Origin: a virus
IMG/VR virus record: IMGVR_UViG_3300032397_000008
Location: 19,040 to 83,039 of that record
Length of the DNA stretch: 64,000 nucleotides
Strand: one strand, 5' to 3'
Within the stretch, counting starts at the first letter, position 1, and each line of letters opens with the position of its first letter. Made by a program: the position numbers and the translations under genes. This document shows positions 46,154 through 56,504 of this stretch, piece after piece. Below the pieces are notes generated by a model that was not told the origin of the DNA, did no database searches, and saw only the letters and a list, made by a program, of their open reading frames with translations.

Positions 46154-47734
46154 ATGGCAAGACAATTACTAATGGAGGGCTTAAAAGGAGCATTCCCTTT
46201 TCTGCCCGATCCAGATAACGCTAAGATCATTCAGGAATCTCTGCCTTCAGGCGAAATCCGCACCCGGGTTCCTGGTAGATTTAGCATATGCGATGAGACC
46301 AACGGGAACAATCGTCGGTACCGTAAGAGTGTTTGGGAGAAGAACTTGCAGTCTGGTTCCATCCTTACGGAGTCTATTAAGCGTAACGGCGCATTCGGAC
46401 TTTTGGAACACCCAGACGATGGAGTTGTAACTCTTCGATCTCCTATCAGTCACCGAGTTACCGCTGCTACTCTTCAAGAGGGTAAGGACAAGGACGGCAA
46501 GTTGATCTGGGAAGTTCGTGGTGAAATTTCTATTTATACTGACATCCCGGAAGGAAAGAAACTGCTAGAATTTATTAAGGGAGGGTACAACCCCTTGGTA
46601 TCCAGTCGTGGATTTGGCTCCCTTCTCAAGGCGAACGATGGGGTAGACGAAGTTCAAGACGACTACATCTGCGAAGGATGGGATGTCGTTATCAAGCCAT
46701 CTTTTCTGAACGCTGAACTCACGCCTGAACGTAATGCCCTTGATGTGGTGCTGGCAAAGACTGAGGAAGCGAAGAAAGTCACTGAAGATTTGAAGACTGA
46801 GTCGGTTCAACCTCAGGCTTCTTCTGGAGCCGCCGCTGTAGCGGCCACCAGCGTACCGACACAACGAACCATCAACGAGACTACAATGCAAATCAACGAA
46901 ATTAAGATGCGGATTGCGCAGTTGAAAGCCACCAAGGTGGACGATTCTGTGAAATTCGCTGAAGGCATGTCTCAGGTGCAAGAACTCCACCAAGCGGTCT
47001 CCAACTATGTCGCCGAGGACGGTCCGAAGCGTCTCTATGAGGGTAGTAAGTTGGACAAGTCGCTGGATGAGATTGAAACCACCTGGAAAATTGCCCAGCA
47101 AGTGCCAGTCAAGGCACTCGGCACGATGAAGGAGTCTCAGACTAAACTGCTCAAAGTCATCAAGGTTGTTACCGAGACTGCCTTGAAGTTCAAGCAGGTT
47201 CTGTCTGAAACTCTGGGTCGTGAAGTTCGGCAGACGAAACTGATCGAAGAATTGACCAAGAATGGAACCGGCTGGATGACACTGGCTGAGACCCGCAAGG
47301 CCAAACTCGATTCTACCACCCGCAAGTATACCACTGCATGCGAAGCCATTGATATCATCAAGAATCGCTACCATGAAGACATTACTGAGTTGGGACGTCG
47401 TCTGATAATCGTAGAATTCGTCGAACAGGCTAAACGGCCTGAAATTGCTAAACTTCTCAAGGAAGCCAAGAAGCCGAAAGACATCGTGGCGATTCGTGAG
47501 CAGTTGGTTGGCAAGACGGAAGAGAAACCCACCGCTAACGCCACGGACGCCAAGACAGCAGTGCAGACTGAGGTCAAGGCAGACGAGGCCAAAACGGAAT
47601 CGGTGAAGGAATCTGCGCTCGCTGCCGCTGCGCCGATAGCCACGAAAACGATCGAGGTCGGAACCCCGGTCAGTCCAAAGGACCTCAATGAGTCACTTGG
47701 GATCGTCAAGCGGTTGTCTCTGGCTACCGCCTAA
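46154..47734 (+). CDS. Prohead protease (gp21-like) fused to a coiled-coil scaffold
   Basis: NGNNRRY, GLLEHP, VSSRGFGS, WDVVIKPS; long helical C-terminus; precedes the capsid gene. Confidence 0.85.
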   Translation: MARQLLMEGLKGAFPFLPDPDNAKIIQESLPSGEIRTRVPGRFSICDETNGNNRRYRKSVWEKNLQSGSILTESIKRNGAFGLLEHPDDGVVTLRSPISHRVTAATLQEGKDKDGKLIWEVRGEISIYTDIPEGKKLLEFIKGGYNPLVSSRGFGSLLKANDGVDEVQDDYICEGWDVVIKPSFLNAELTPERNALDVVLAKTEEAKKVTEDLKTESVQPQASSGAAAVAATSVPTQRTINETTMQINEIKMRIAQLKATKVDDSVKFAEGMSQVQELHQAVSNYVAEDGPKRLYEGSKLDKSLDEIETTWKIAQQVPVKALGTMKESQTKLLKVIKVVTETALKFKQVLSETLGREVRQTKLIEELTKNGTGWMTLAETRKAKLDSTTRKYTTACEAIDIIKNRYHEDITELGRRLIIVEFVEQAKRPEIAKLLKEAKKPKDIVAIREQLVGKTEEKPTANATDAKTAVQTEVKADEAKTESVKESALAAAAPIATKTIEVGTPVSPKDLNESLGIVKRLSLATA

Positions 47735-47778
47735 CGTAACCGCCAGAACTGGCAGAAACAACAAACACAAACACACAT

Positions 47779-49233
47779 ATGGTAATCCTCGATCAGCAAA
47801 CTGGACGACCTGTGCTTGCGTCGAATGGCGGTCACATCAGCCGCTTCACTGACGTACTCGAATGGGGTTATCGCCTGGCGGAAACGCCAGTCGGCATCCC
47901 GGACAAGCACCCGAAAGGTCTTTGGGAGGCGAGGGGCTGGAAAGAGTTCGTGGCGCACATGCCCGAGCACAAGCGCCCTATCGCTGCAATCATGCTGGAA
48001 AACTGCCGTTCACGCTTCGGCGCACTCGACGAAGTAACACGGACTTCCAGCCTGGGAACATTCGACAAATGGATTTTCCCAGTCATCGCCAACATGTCTG
48101 AGAACGACGTGATCGACCAATTGGTTGCTCTGCAACCGATGGCGGGTCCCGTTTCTCAGATCGTCTACATGGACATTGTCACTGGTAAGCGCAAGGGCCG
48201 CACCCCGGCTGGCGCTCCGATGTGGCGTGCGCTGCAAGGCGCAGTGGACCGTGATGACGACGCCGATGAACTCGTGCAGGATGAAACCGGCACGACCGCG
48301 GCGAGCGCAGGTCAACTGGAGTGGTATCCGGTCCGTCCGGGCACGTTTCAGATCACCATCGGTACCGATACGACAATCGACGACGGCAACGGTGCACTTG
48401 TGGCTGCCGGTTCCATCTCTGGTGGTACTGTCAACTACGTGACCGGCGCTTTCACGACTGCCGGTGTCGCTGCTGCGTCCGCCTTCACGGTAACCTATGC
48501 GTTCAACGCAGAAGGTAACCTGAACATTCAAGACTACGAAATGAAGTTGTCTTCGACTCCGGTGACTGCCAAGGTCATGAAGCTGAAGGCTCTCTGGTCT
48601 GAAGAAGCCGATCAAAACCTCCAGGCCATGTATAACATCAAGGCCGAGAGTGTTTTGCTCAACGCCCTCACTAACGCCCTCCAGTACCAGAAGCACCGTC
48701 AGGTCATCTTTGACCTGCGTGCCCGCGCTGATGCCGGGTTCGTCGTGTGGGATGCCGTCGCTCCGACGGGTGTCAACTACCAGACGCACAAGTTCAGTAT
48801 CATTGATGCGTTCGAGACCGCTTCGAACTTCATCTTCGGTGCCACGAACATGGTGTCGGGTAACTGGATGCTCCTGGGTCTCCAGGCTGCAACTGTGGTT
48901 GCAACGCTGCCTCAGTTCGTTGCCAAGGGTAACCGGACGCAGATGCAGGGTATCACCTACATCGGTGACATCGGGAATAAGAAGGTCTTCGCTGATCCTC
49001 ACTTCCCGAACAATGAGTGGCTGGTCGGTCACAAAGGTGACGCGTTTCTCACAACCGGGTATGTATTGGCAGAGTATCAGAAGCTGTACACGACTCCTGA
49101 TATTGTGCTGCCAGACTTCATCCACCAACGTGGATTCGCTACCTCATTTGCGCGTAAGTGCGTGAACAGTAAGATGTTCTGTAGGGGTCTTGTGAGCAAC
49201 AGCCCAACGAGTTTCGGAAGCGTCATTGGATAA
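47779..49233 (+). CDS. Major capsid protein (T4 gp23-like)
   Basis: IMLEN, LVALQPMAGP, VTAK..KLKALWSEE..Q.L.A. Confidence 0.9.
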   Translation: MVILDQQTGRPVLASNGGHISRFTDVLEWGYRLAETPVGIPDKHPKGLWEARGWKEFVAHMPEHKRPIAAIMLENCRSRFGALDEVTRTSSLGTFDKWIFPVIANMSENDVIDQLVALQPMAGPVSQIVYMDIVTGKRKGRTPAGAPMWRALQGAVDRDDDADELVQDETGTTAASAGQLEWYPVRPGTFQITIGTDTTIDDGNGALVAAGSISGGTVNYVTGAFTTAGVAAASAFTVTYAFNAEGNLNIQDYEMKLSSTPVTAKVMKLKALWSEEADQNLQAMYNIKAESVLLNALTNALQYQKHRQVIFDLRARADAGFVVWDAVAPTGVNYQTHKFSIIDAFETASNFIFGATNMVSGNWMLLGLQAATVVATLPQFVAKGNRTQMQGITYIGDIGNKKVFADPHFPNNEWLVGHKGDAFLTTGYVLAEYQKLYTTPDIVLPDFIHQRGFATSFARKCVNSKMFCRGLVSNSPTSFGSVIG

Positions 49234-49255
49234 GACTCTTACGACTCAAATTCAT

Positions 49256-49286
49256 CCCGCCATGGAGAAATCTATGGCGGGTTTTT
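49256..49286 (+). terminator. Rho-independent terminator
   Basis: CCCGCCATGGA-GAAA-TCTATGGCGGG-T5. Confidence 0.85.
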
Positions 49287-49358
49287 AATTGTAAAATGTA
49301 GGTAGGATTGGTATTAAATAATCCTTGACTTTTTCCGTTCTTAGTGTAAGATGATACT

Positions 49359-50498
49359 ATGAACTGGAAGTATACAGATGAAGACTTGATTCAAAGCGCA
49401 AGACAGTATGTCTGGCTCGCAGACTGGAGAAAAGCTGAACCACTTAAATATCAAGCAGTGTTGAGGAGGCACTTGATCAAACAAGTGAAGGAGATACTTA
49501 TTCCTCAGACGACTGGCGCTAAACCAACGTACAGCGAGGAAGAGTTGGCTTTGGATGTCAAAAAGTATGCTACTCGTAAGGAATGGGCAAAATCAGGCCA
49601 GGCTCTCATGAAGGAGGGAAAAGTAAGTCTTTATCATTGTGCGTTGAGCTATCCGGGATTTTTCCAAAAGCATGCTCTTCACATGGAGAAGCATCACAAA
49701 TGGACTGACAATGAACTCATCGCTGTTGCTGCCAAGTACCAGCACAAGGGCGACTGGAAACGGTCTAGGGATTCCAAAGACGCTGCTGCTTATCAATCTG
49801 CTTCCAATCGACCCGACGTCTTCACACAGGTGACCGCCCACATGGTCCCCAAGGCCAACCCCTACGCCGGTGACTATACCGTATACGCCTACGAGTTTGC
49901 AGATCATAATGCCTACATTGGACTCACATTCCTTCCTACGGCTCGGTACGGTCAGCATATGTGTCGAGGTCCAGTATTCGACCACATGAGAGTGTGCCAC
50001 GAATTCAAGCACCTTACGCTGGCATCAGGACTAGGTGATCCACACAGTGCTGTTGCCGCCGAGAAGAAATGGATCGAAAAGTATCGGGCTGAGGGGTGGA
50101 CCCTCCTCAATACGTCTACAGGGGGCAGCCTTGGCACCGTGCAACGGGAATGGACCAAAGAACTCGTTCTCGTTGAAGCCCGTAAGTTCGCCACTAAGCA
50201 GGAGTGGATCGACAAGAGCCAGAGCTCCTACCGCCTCGCCAAGAAGGAGGGCTGGTTTGAAGAGGCAACCACCCATATGCCTAAGCGGGATGCCAGGCAT
50301 CTCGTTGGACGCCAGGTTAGCCGGGCCACCCGCCAGAAGATGTCAGAGGCAGCCCAGAAGCGTGCGGACGACTCTGTATGGCGTGCGAAGCATAGCGCGG
50401 CGTTGAAGGGCAGGAAACTCGCCCAGGCACACCGAGAGACTATTCGCCAGGGGATGCGAAACTCTCCCCTGGATCATGTGGCAATCCTCTCTGGATAG
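49359..50498 (+). CDS. GIY-YIG homing endonuclease with helical repeats
   Basis: VYAYEF..AYIGLT..R..QH..E..LLN; repeated WT.E.L...A.KY; NUMOD3-like tail. Confidence 0.8.
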   Translation: MNWKYTDEDLIQSARQYVWLADWRKAEPLKYQAVLRRHLIKQVKEILIPQTTGAKPTYSEEELALDVKKYATRKEWAKSGQALMKEGKVSLYHCALSYPGFFQKHALHMEKHHKWTDNELIAVAAKYQHKGDWKRSRDSKDAAAYQSASNRPDVFTQVTAHMVPKANPYAGDYTVYAYEFADHNAYIGLTFLPTARYGQHMCRGPVFDHMRVCHEFKHLTLASGLGDPHSAVAAEKKWIEKYRAEGWTLLNTSTGGSLGTVQREWTKELVLVEARKFATKQEWIDKSQSSYRLAKKEGWFEEATTHMPKRDARHLVGRQVSRATRQKMSEAAQKRADDSVWRAKHSAALKGRKLAQAHRETIRQGMRNSPLDHVAILSG

Positions 50499-50703
50499 GT
50501 TTCCGCCTGAAGATGACCATATCCCCACGCATCACGGCCACGTCCCGCATGGCAGATTTGACCGCAACCACCGCCTGCTCAATTGCCGTCTGCTCGTCCT
50601 TGTAGTAGGTGCATGACTCCTTGTTGCCCCACCTCTCACCGCTCCAGTAGGGTCCAGGTGATTTGTTCTTGGGCAATTGAACGATGACTAGTTTAGAGGC
50701 CAC
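50440..50703 (-). CDS. Hypothetical protein
   Basis: GTG start after GTTCTT motif. Confidence 0.5.
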   Translation of the reverse strand: MASKLVIVQLPKNKSPGPYWSGERWGNKESCTYYKDEQTAIEQAVVAVKSAMRDVAVMRGDMVIFRRKPIQRGLPHDPGESFASPGE

Positions 50704-50718
50704 ACCCTGTAAGAACGG

Positions 50719-50751
50719 AAAACCCCTTCCGGGAGTCCGGGAGGGGTTTTT
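50719..50751. terminator. Bidirectional terminator; inverted copy at 51150
   Basis: A4-CCCCTTCCGG..CCGGGAGGGG-T5. Confidence 0.8.
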
Positions 50752-50761
50752 GTAGGCAAGA

Positions 50762-51097
50762 TTAGAGTACCCCGGGCTTCTGCGTAATGGTGCCTGCCGT
50801 GATGATCACACGGGTCGCTGGAGCCGGCACTACCTGAACCGCCAGATTGCCCTGGATTTGAACGTAGTTGGGTCCGACGTCCGCATCCGCCGTTACGACC
50901 ACGCTGGCTGTCCCGGACGCCATAGCGACCACGGTAGCGGTGTTTATGCCTGGCGTATAGAGCACACGTGCTACGGCGGCGTTAGTAGTAAACCAGAGTG
51001 GGTAGTTTGCTACAGGAACGGACTGCCCAGACGGTGTAAGAAACTGAACAGTAGCGTTGGCTTGCTGTTCGGTGGTAAGGATAAGAGGCATCATCAT
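50762..51097 (-). CDS. Ig-like domain (Big-2-like) virion protein
   Basis: WFTTNAAVARV...ATVVAMASGTASVVVTA. Confidence 0.65.
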   Translation of the reverse strand: MMMPLILTTEQQANATVQFLTPSGQSVPVANYPLWFTTNAAVARVLYTPGINTATVVAMASGTASVVVTADADVGPNYVQIQGNLAVQVVPAPATRVIITAGTITQKPGVL

Positions 51098-51149
51098 GCC
51101 TTAACTACAGACTTACATTTTGTAGTTGAATTTTATTCAAAAGTACACC

Positions 51150-51182
51150 AAAAACCCCTCCCGGACTCCCGGAAGGGGTTTT
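51150..51182. terminator. Bidirectional terminator; reverse complement of 50719-50751
   Basis: Exact 33-nt match. Confidence 0.8.
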
Positions 51183-51203
51183 ACTACTCCTGGGGTGCTG
51201 GTA

Positions 51204-51998
51204 TCAGACATTTACGACCGCTTCCGTATCCGTGGTGCCGGCGATAATTTCCACGTCGATGGGCTTAACGCCCGACAACTGATCGCAGAGGGCGTGCAGG
51301 CGCTCCGTGCGGCCCGAGAGCTGCCAGATCGCTCCCTTAAGAATTTCGGTCACACTATTGAAGAACCGCCACACATTCGACGCCACGGCGAACTCGGGGT
51401 GCCGAGGGGTGCGCCATTCCTTGATGACGTCGTCGATCCGGGTCTTCGGGAATACGCCGGCTTCCAAGCAGCGGATCATCAGGTCGTTGGCATGGACGTC
51501 ATCCAGTTCAGCCCGCTTGTAGGCTTCAATGCGGTCGCCTTGGCGGTTGTAGTGGGCAGCCAGGCGGGAGATGGCGTTGAGGGTGAGGATGGGGAGGTCC
51601 CGCATGATGTTGAGGGTGTGCTTGCGGGCGATTTCAATCTCGGCGGAGAGCGCCAGATTGTCGCAGACGAAGACACGGCTGCCAACACCTAGTTTTGCAG
51701 GAAAGGACTTGTCATGCGAATTCCTAAGACCTAGCATGTAACCGTAGTCCTCGGTTTTCACACCATTAGCGACCTGGAGGAGTCCGAACATGCGGGCACC
51801 GCTTTTGGTGAGACCGTACGCCTCTTCCACGACGTGCATGTTGACTTGGGTCAGTGCTTTCTCAACCTGTTCCACTAGAGTGAAGTGAGGGATGGGTTGC
51901 CAGGTTTCAGTGGCGGCGGGGGTGGGAACCTTAACGAGGTCTTCCCGTGTGATGCGTTCGGCACCGCAGTGCAGGTAGAGTTTCGAGTTGTTGTTCAT
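51204..51998 (-). CDS. DUF932-family protein
   Basis: PIPH, GLRNSHDKS, RVFVCDNL, RKHT, WRFFNSVTE. Confidence 0.8.
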   Translation of the reverse strand: MNNNSKLYLHCGAERITREDLVKVPTPAATETWQPIPHFTLVEQVEKALTQVNMHVVEEAYGLTKSGARMFGLLQVANGVKTEDYGYMLGLRNSHDKSFPAKLGVGSRVFVCDNLALSAEIEIARKHTLNIMRDLPILTLNAISRLAAHYNRQGDRIEAYKRAELDDVHANDLMIRCLEAGVFPKTRIDDVIKEWRTPRHPEFAVASNVWRFFNSVTEILKGAIWQLSGRTERLHALCDQLSGVKPIDVEIIAGTTDTEAVVNV

Positions 51999-52056
51999 TG
52001 TCTTGCTTTCTTCGTTTTTGTTTCTTTTCAGGAACCATTCCCGTTTATCTGCGATG

Positions 52057-52085
52057 AATTTGCCACAACTGGGGTTGGAAGTCAA
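52057..52085 (-). promoter_or_regulatory. Early-type sigma70 promoter
   Basis: TTGACT-17-CAAATT with TGTGG before the -10. Confidence 0.55.
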
Positions 52086-52185
52086 GAGTTTATTTGCATG
52101 AATTCTGATGCGTGCAACGTCGGGCGCACCGGGGAGTTATGTAGACGATTCAAGAAGGGTTCGTCGGTGGGTAGTTAGGAGTGCC

Positions 52186-52416
52186 ATGCCAGCCGTATCA
52201 AGAGCCCAGCAACAAGCAGCCGCCTGCGCATTGTACCATCCTGGAAAAGCTAAAACTAGCATGGGAAATATGAAACGGTCTGATCTTCGCAAGTTTGCCA
52301 AAACAAAGCACAAAGGTCTTCCCAAGCATGTGGAGAGCCGGTTCGGTATTCAAACGCAGGCAAAATCTCTGGCATGCCAGATCGTCGAGGACCTGCTCGA
52401 TAGTGAGGACTCATGA
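52186..52416 (+). CDS. DUF3008-like protein
   Basis: MPAVSRAQQ...M....LRKFAKTKHKGLPKHV. Confidence 0.75.
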   Translation: MPAVSRAQQQAAACALYHPGKAKTSMGNMKRSDLRKFAKTKHKGLPKHVESRFGIQTQAKSLACQIVEDLLDSEDS

Positions 52417-53879
52417 GAGACGACCTGGGAAAGACATTCGATCTGCCTTCGTCTTCTAGGCGTTATATTCGCATGAAAGGCGATTTTGGTGTCAGTCCTA
52501 AAAAGGCGCAGTTGTACATTGACTCTATGGCCGACCTGACCAATCAGAAAGATCGTCAAAAGGGATTCTCCAACAAGGACGCCAGCGGACCCGTGCCGCA
52601 TGCGATCAAGGACTCTGAAGAGGTCGCACAGTGCGTGCTTGAGGACCGCTTAGGTCCCAGCACTCTGGTTCTTCACCCACGCGACCGCTCTACGGACTTT
52701 TTGAAGCCCATTTACGAAGGCATGGGGTGCACGGTGTTGTCGGGTCAGAAGGATGAGCCAAAGGTTATGACTATTCTGGAGAGGTATGCACGTGTTTTCA
52801 TGCTGGGGCACGGCGGTCCAGATGGGTTGTTTTGGTTATCCGACTATCACTTGTTGTCTAATCCAAAATTTATTGAGATGCTACAAAAACGGCCGGGCGG
52901 GCTGTACATTTGGTGCAATGCCGATGCCTACATGAAGCGTCATAAATTGTCCGGTCTATCGACCGGCATGTTCATCTCGGAGGTAGGTGAAGCGTCAATC
53001 TTTGGGATCAAGGCTACCCAGACAGAAGTAAGCGCCTCCAACGATACGTTTGCAAAAGTGGTTCGCTCGTACCTGGATACTGGTGCTGAACCATCAACGG
53101 TGCGTCAGTGCTATACGAGTGCCGAATGCAAGGTCATTCGATTTAACAATGAGCGTCTTTATGTATGGAATGAAGGCGAACCCACACCGGCTTTACATCC
53201 TAGCAGTCTGGCGCATTCTCCGCCTGCATATGATCGTTACGATAGGTATGATCGTTACGATAGGTATGGTCCTAACGATAAGTTTCTTCAGTGGAAACCT
53301 GGGGATAAGCCTGGGAAGGAGCGGAAGATTCCTGATCAAGATATAGAACTTCCATTTTGGATGTCTCCGGAGTATCACGATACGATGATGGGCAAGAACC
53401 AGTCCAAAGAAGACGTCGATCCTGAAGGGAAGGTGAGAAACTACATAGTTGCAGCAGGGTACAATCCAGATGATTTTTCTGTTAAGGACTATCTTGACAT
53501 CATAGACGATATGAGAGATTTTCCGGATTCTACGGATCATATGGATTTTACGGATTCTGCCAGTAAGATTGCCAGTAACCTATTGGAAGATAATGATCCT
53601 GAGGAGATTGCGCAACTCGCCGCGAGCTGTCTTCGTCTATCCACTATCGACGTGAAGTTTGACAAGGCAGGATGGAAAGAGGTTGAGATTCCTGCCACGG
53701 TTGTGACGCAGTTTCGAAGTAGTGAAGACTACCTTGGATTTTTGATTGATTACCTAAACAACACGTACCAACTTCAGTTTGGAGGGGTGAACGAATTAGG
53801 AAGTTTCGATCATCTGTTTTCAGAGGGTAAGCACCCGTTGAAAGTTTATGCCCGTTGTGACGCCATCCGCCCTCTCTGA
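52413..53879 (+). CDS. Multidomain hypothetical protein
   Basis: MLGHG..GL and YIWCNAD core; (YDR)4 repeat; internal VLE/LLE sites. Confidence 0.6.
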   Translation: MRDDLGKTFDLPSSSRRYIRMKGDFGVSPKKAQLYIDSMADLTNQKDRQKGFSNKDASGPVPHAIKDSEEVAQCVLEDRLGPSTLVLHPRDRSTDFLKPIYEGMGCTVLSGQKDEPKVMTILERYARVFMLGHGGPDGLFWLSDYHLLSNPKFIEMLQKRPGGLYIWCNADAYMKRHKLSGLSTGMFISEVGEASIFGIKATQTEVSASNDTFAKVVRSYLDTGAEPSTVRQCYTSAECKVIRFNNERLYVWNEGEPTPALHPSSLAHSPPAYDRYDRYDRYDRYGPNDKFLQWKPGDKPGKERKIPDQDIELPFWMSPEYHDTMMGKNQSKEDVDPEGKVRNYIVAAGYNPDDFSVKDYLDIIDDMRDFPDSTDHMDFTDSASKIASNLLEDNDPEEIAQLAASCLRLSTIDVKFDKAGWKEVEIPATVVTQFRSSEDYLGFLIDYLNNTYQLQFGGVNELGSFDHLFSEGKHPLKVYARCDAIRPL

Positions 53880-54246
53880 AGCAATTGTAGACATCTTGCT
53901 TGAAGCAGGTCCGTACCGTTTCGTGACCAACTGCATGGGGTGTGACAGCGGCGAGAAGATCAGAAAGATGGTTGATTCGGCTACTGAGGTGACATACGAC
54001 GAGTTCATGCGACACGTGGACTTGAATGATCTTTTAACTATGACGCCGGCCTCCATGTATGCCTGGTCGCCGCAGGCGCTTAAGCGGGCACAGTTTAGTT
54101 CTGAGGATGCCGAGGCGTATCGTTCGCAGAGGTCGAACCTTCGTATGCGGGATGATTGGGCAATCAGTTTTCACAAGGGGAAATTTGAGGGCCGTCCGTG
54201 CTATTACCTGGACCACTCTCGGATTGAGTACATTTTTTGTAGATAA
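53848..54246 (+). CDS. Hypothetical protein
   Basis: AIVDILLE tag; C-terminal YYLDHSRIEYIF. Confidence 0.6.
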   Translation: MPVVTPSALSEAIVDILLEAGPYRFVTNCMGCDSGEKIRKMVDSATEVTYDEFMRHVDLNDLLTMTPASMYAWSPQALKRAQFSSEDAEAYRSQRSNLRMRDDWAISFHKGKFEGRPCYYLDHSRIEYIFCR

Positions 54247-54253
54247 ATAGATT

Positions 54254-56497
54254 ATGGTACCGACCGCATTAGCAGGATTGGAGACTCTGGTTTACTATAC
54301 CACTGACCTCAATAAGAAATTGGATGAGGCTCAGGGGCATACTGACACCATGTCCAAGAACATGAAGTTGATTGAGATGGCGACGGATAAAACGTCCTAC
54401 TGGTGGCACAAGATGCTTCCAATGGCCGTGAAGCCGTTCAGTGGATTAATAGACACCATCGGCAAGAATGTCGCTGCGACGAACAAGGCTTTTAAGGAAG
54501 AGTTACAAACGATTTCAGAACGTCAGAAAGATTTGCGAAATATAGAGAAGAGCCTACAGAGCGAACAGTCTCACTGGAGAATAGATCGCAATGCTCAGGA
54601 AATGAAATTCCTGGAAGGCCAGGAATCGAAACTCAGACTTCAGTACGAATGGCATAAACTCGTCAACCTCAAGTCATTGCAGGCAGTGGCTTTGATGTTC
54701 AAAGATACCTGGGCGGCGCACAGGACATTCAATGCAGCCCTACTTGAGGCAAACGCTAATTTGGACAAGCGCCGAGGTCTGATAACAGACACGTTCGGGG
54801 TTCAGATAAAACTGGGTGCCAGTACGGATACCATGCGAGGTGCGGTAGGAGCACTGACAAAGTATGGGTTCGATCTCCGGGGAACCTATAAGGACCTGGT
54901 TCAGTACGTGGTTCAGATGAAGGAAGGTCTGGGTGTTTCCGAAGAAGAGAGTGTGCAGCTGGCCCGGGTGTTCGGTATATCCTTGAAAATGGATGTCAAG
55001 GCAGTGGCGGACACGATCACATCTATTGTGAACTGGACTAGTTTGGCGGCCGATGAAGCAACCCGATTTTCTCAGGAGATTGGTCGTGGCATAATGAACA
55101 TCGCGGGGTTTGGTGGCAAGGGAGATATTCGTGGGGCCATGGGACTCACTGCTGCTTTGAAGGACGTGGGAGGTGACCCGGCCGAGATGGCCAAGATGTT
55201 TCGTACGATGTCGGGTGGGTCCACCCAGGGTGTCATGCTTCGTGGAATGGCCGGCATTACCGCTGGTCAGATGCTGGGCGGTAAGTCATGGGCGGAGGGG
55301 TTGGATCGATTTATCAAGGGTATCGTGCAGTCTAAGAAGGGTACTGAGTCCTATACGATTGAGGTTGAGCAGGCAGCACAGATACTTGGAACGACCACCG
55401 ATACGGTTCAGAGATGGAGTGCTGCTCTGGCTGAGTCCAACAAGCCTATTACAGAATCTCAGAAGTTACAAGACCGCTGGAAAGAGCAAATCAAAGGTAC
55501 CAGCGAGGGGTGGAATCGTCTGGTGGTGTCGGTTCAGGCGCTCTATCGGAAGGGCTTGACCCCGCTGATCCCGTTATTTCAGAAGTTCGTGGGTCTAGTA
55601 ACTGAGTTGGTTGATGCTCTTGCGCGTATTCCATCGTGGGTATTGACTGTTGGTGCTTTGTCTGGCGCAGTAACTGGAGTAAGAGGCATAGGAAAGTGGT
55701 TTGGAGCGGGATTAAGTAGATTAGGATTTCTGGCCTCTGCTAAAGCCGCTGGTGGCGATCTTGCTCAATCCTTGAGTCCTGGGATATCCGGCGGACCCGC
55801 AGCAGCAGGATTGGCGAGAACAGGATTGTTCGGTTCAACAACGAGGGCTGCGATGAGTGTACCTCACGTAGCTCTCGCCACCGCCGTCTTTGGGACATTC
55901 TGGACACTGGGGCGGGCACTCGACAGGGCGTGGCCTAATAACTGGGTCCATACCCTAGCGGTAGAAGTAGGTACGGAGACTGTTGGACGCATGGACAAGA
56001 GGGTTGTTTATGCTAGGACCGCTGAAGCGGATTCATTGACCACGAGGTGGAATAAAGTTATCGAAAAGGCAATGAAGACTGGTGATACCACGCATCTTAA
56101 TGAAGATCTGGCAGAGGCGGTTGCAGGGTCTAACCTACCTAAATTTTTAGCGAGCGGACAAATGGGTGCTGCTGGTTATGTTAGGGCAATCAGCCGTCAG
56201 GTTCAAGATACCCATGACCAATTGGTGTCCCTGCAACAAAGTACGCGGAACAAACCATCGTTTTGGGTGTCATCGAATGAGGAGCTGGAAAAACTTCGGC
56301 TGCAACGTGAAACTTCTCAAGGAATTGAACAAGTGGTGACCAATACGGGTCTGTACCTGGATATACTACAAAAGATTGCTCAGGACTTTAGGGGCTTGAA
56401 ACAAGACAACGCCGTTGTCAATACTGAAAACGTCAATCGTGAGTTGTTGAGAGGTGGATCATTCCCGTCGGAGAATATCCCTCACTATCAACCGTAG
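54254..56497 (+). CDS. Tape-measure-like protein
   Basis: Long helical Ala/Gly-rich protein with hydrophobic segments; structural context. Confidence 0.55.
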   Translation: MVPTALAGLETLVYYTTDLNKKLDEAQGHTDTMSKNMKLIEMATDKTSYWWHKMLPMAVKPFSGLIDTIGKNVAATNKAFKEELQTISERQKDLRNIEKSLQSEQSHWRIDRNAQEMKFLEGQESKLRLQYEWHKLVNLKSLQAVALMFKDTWAAHRTFNAALLEANANLDKRRGLITDTFGVQIKLGASTDTMRGAVGALTKYGFDLRGTYKDLVQYVVQMKEGLGVSEEESVQLARVFGISLKMDVKAVADTITSIVNWTSLAADEATRFSQEIGRGIMNIAGFGGKGDIRGAMGLTAALKDVGGDPAEMAKMFRTMSGGSTQGVMLRGMAGITAGQMLGGKSWAEGLDRFIKGIVQSKKGTESYTIEVEQAAQILGTTTDTVQRWSAALAESNKPITESQKLQDRWKEQIKGTSEGWNRLVVSVQALYRKGLTPLIPLFQKFVGLVTELVDALARIPSWVLTVGALSGAVTGVRGIGKWFGAGLSRLGFLASAKAAGGDLAQSLSPGISGGPAAAGLARTGLFGSTTRAAMSVPHVALATAVFGTFWTLGRALDRAWPNNWVHTLAVEVGTETVGRMDKRVVYARTAEADSLTTRWNKVIEKAMKTGDTTHLNEDLAEAVAGSNLPKFLASGQMGAAGYVRAISRQVQDTHDQLVSLQQSTRNKPSFWVSSNEELEKLRLQRETSQGIEQVVTNTGLYLDILQKIAQDFRGLKQDNAVVNTENVNRELLRGGSFPSENIPHYQP

Positions 56498-56504
56498 TTA
56501 AAAT

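Noticed and set aside
48010-49128. Long antisense ORFs opposite capsid, protease and recA genes
   Set aside because: Explained by codon bias of the sense genes.
53229-53268. Tandem 18-nt repeat encoding (YDR)4
   Set aside because: Short in-frame low-complexity duplication with no sign of phase variation.
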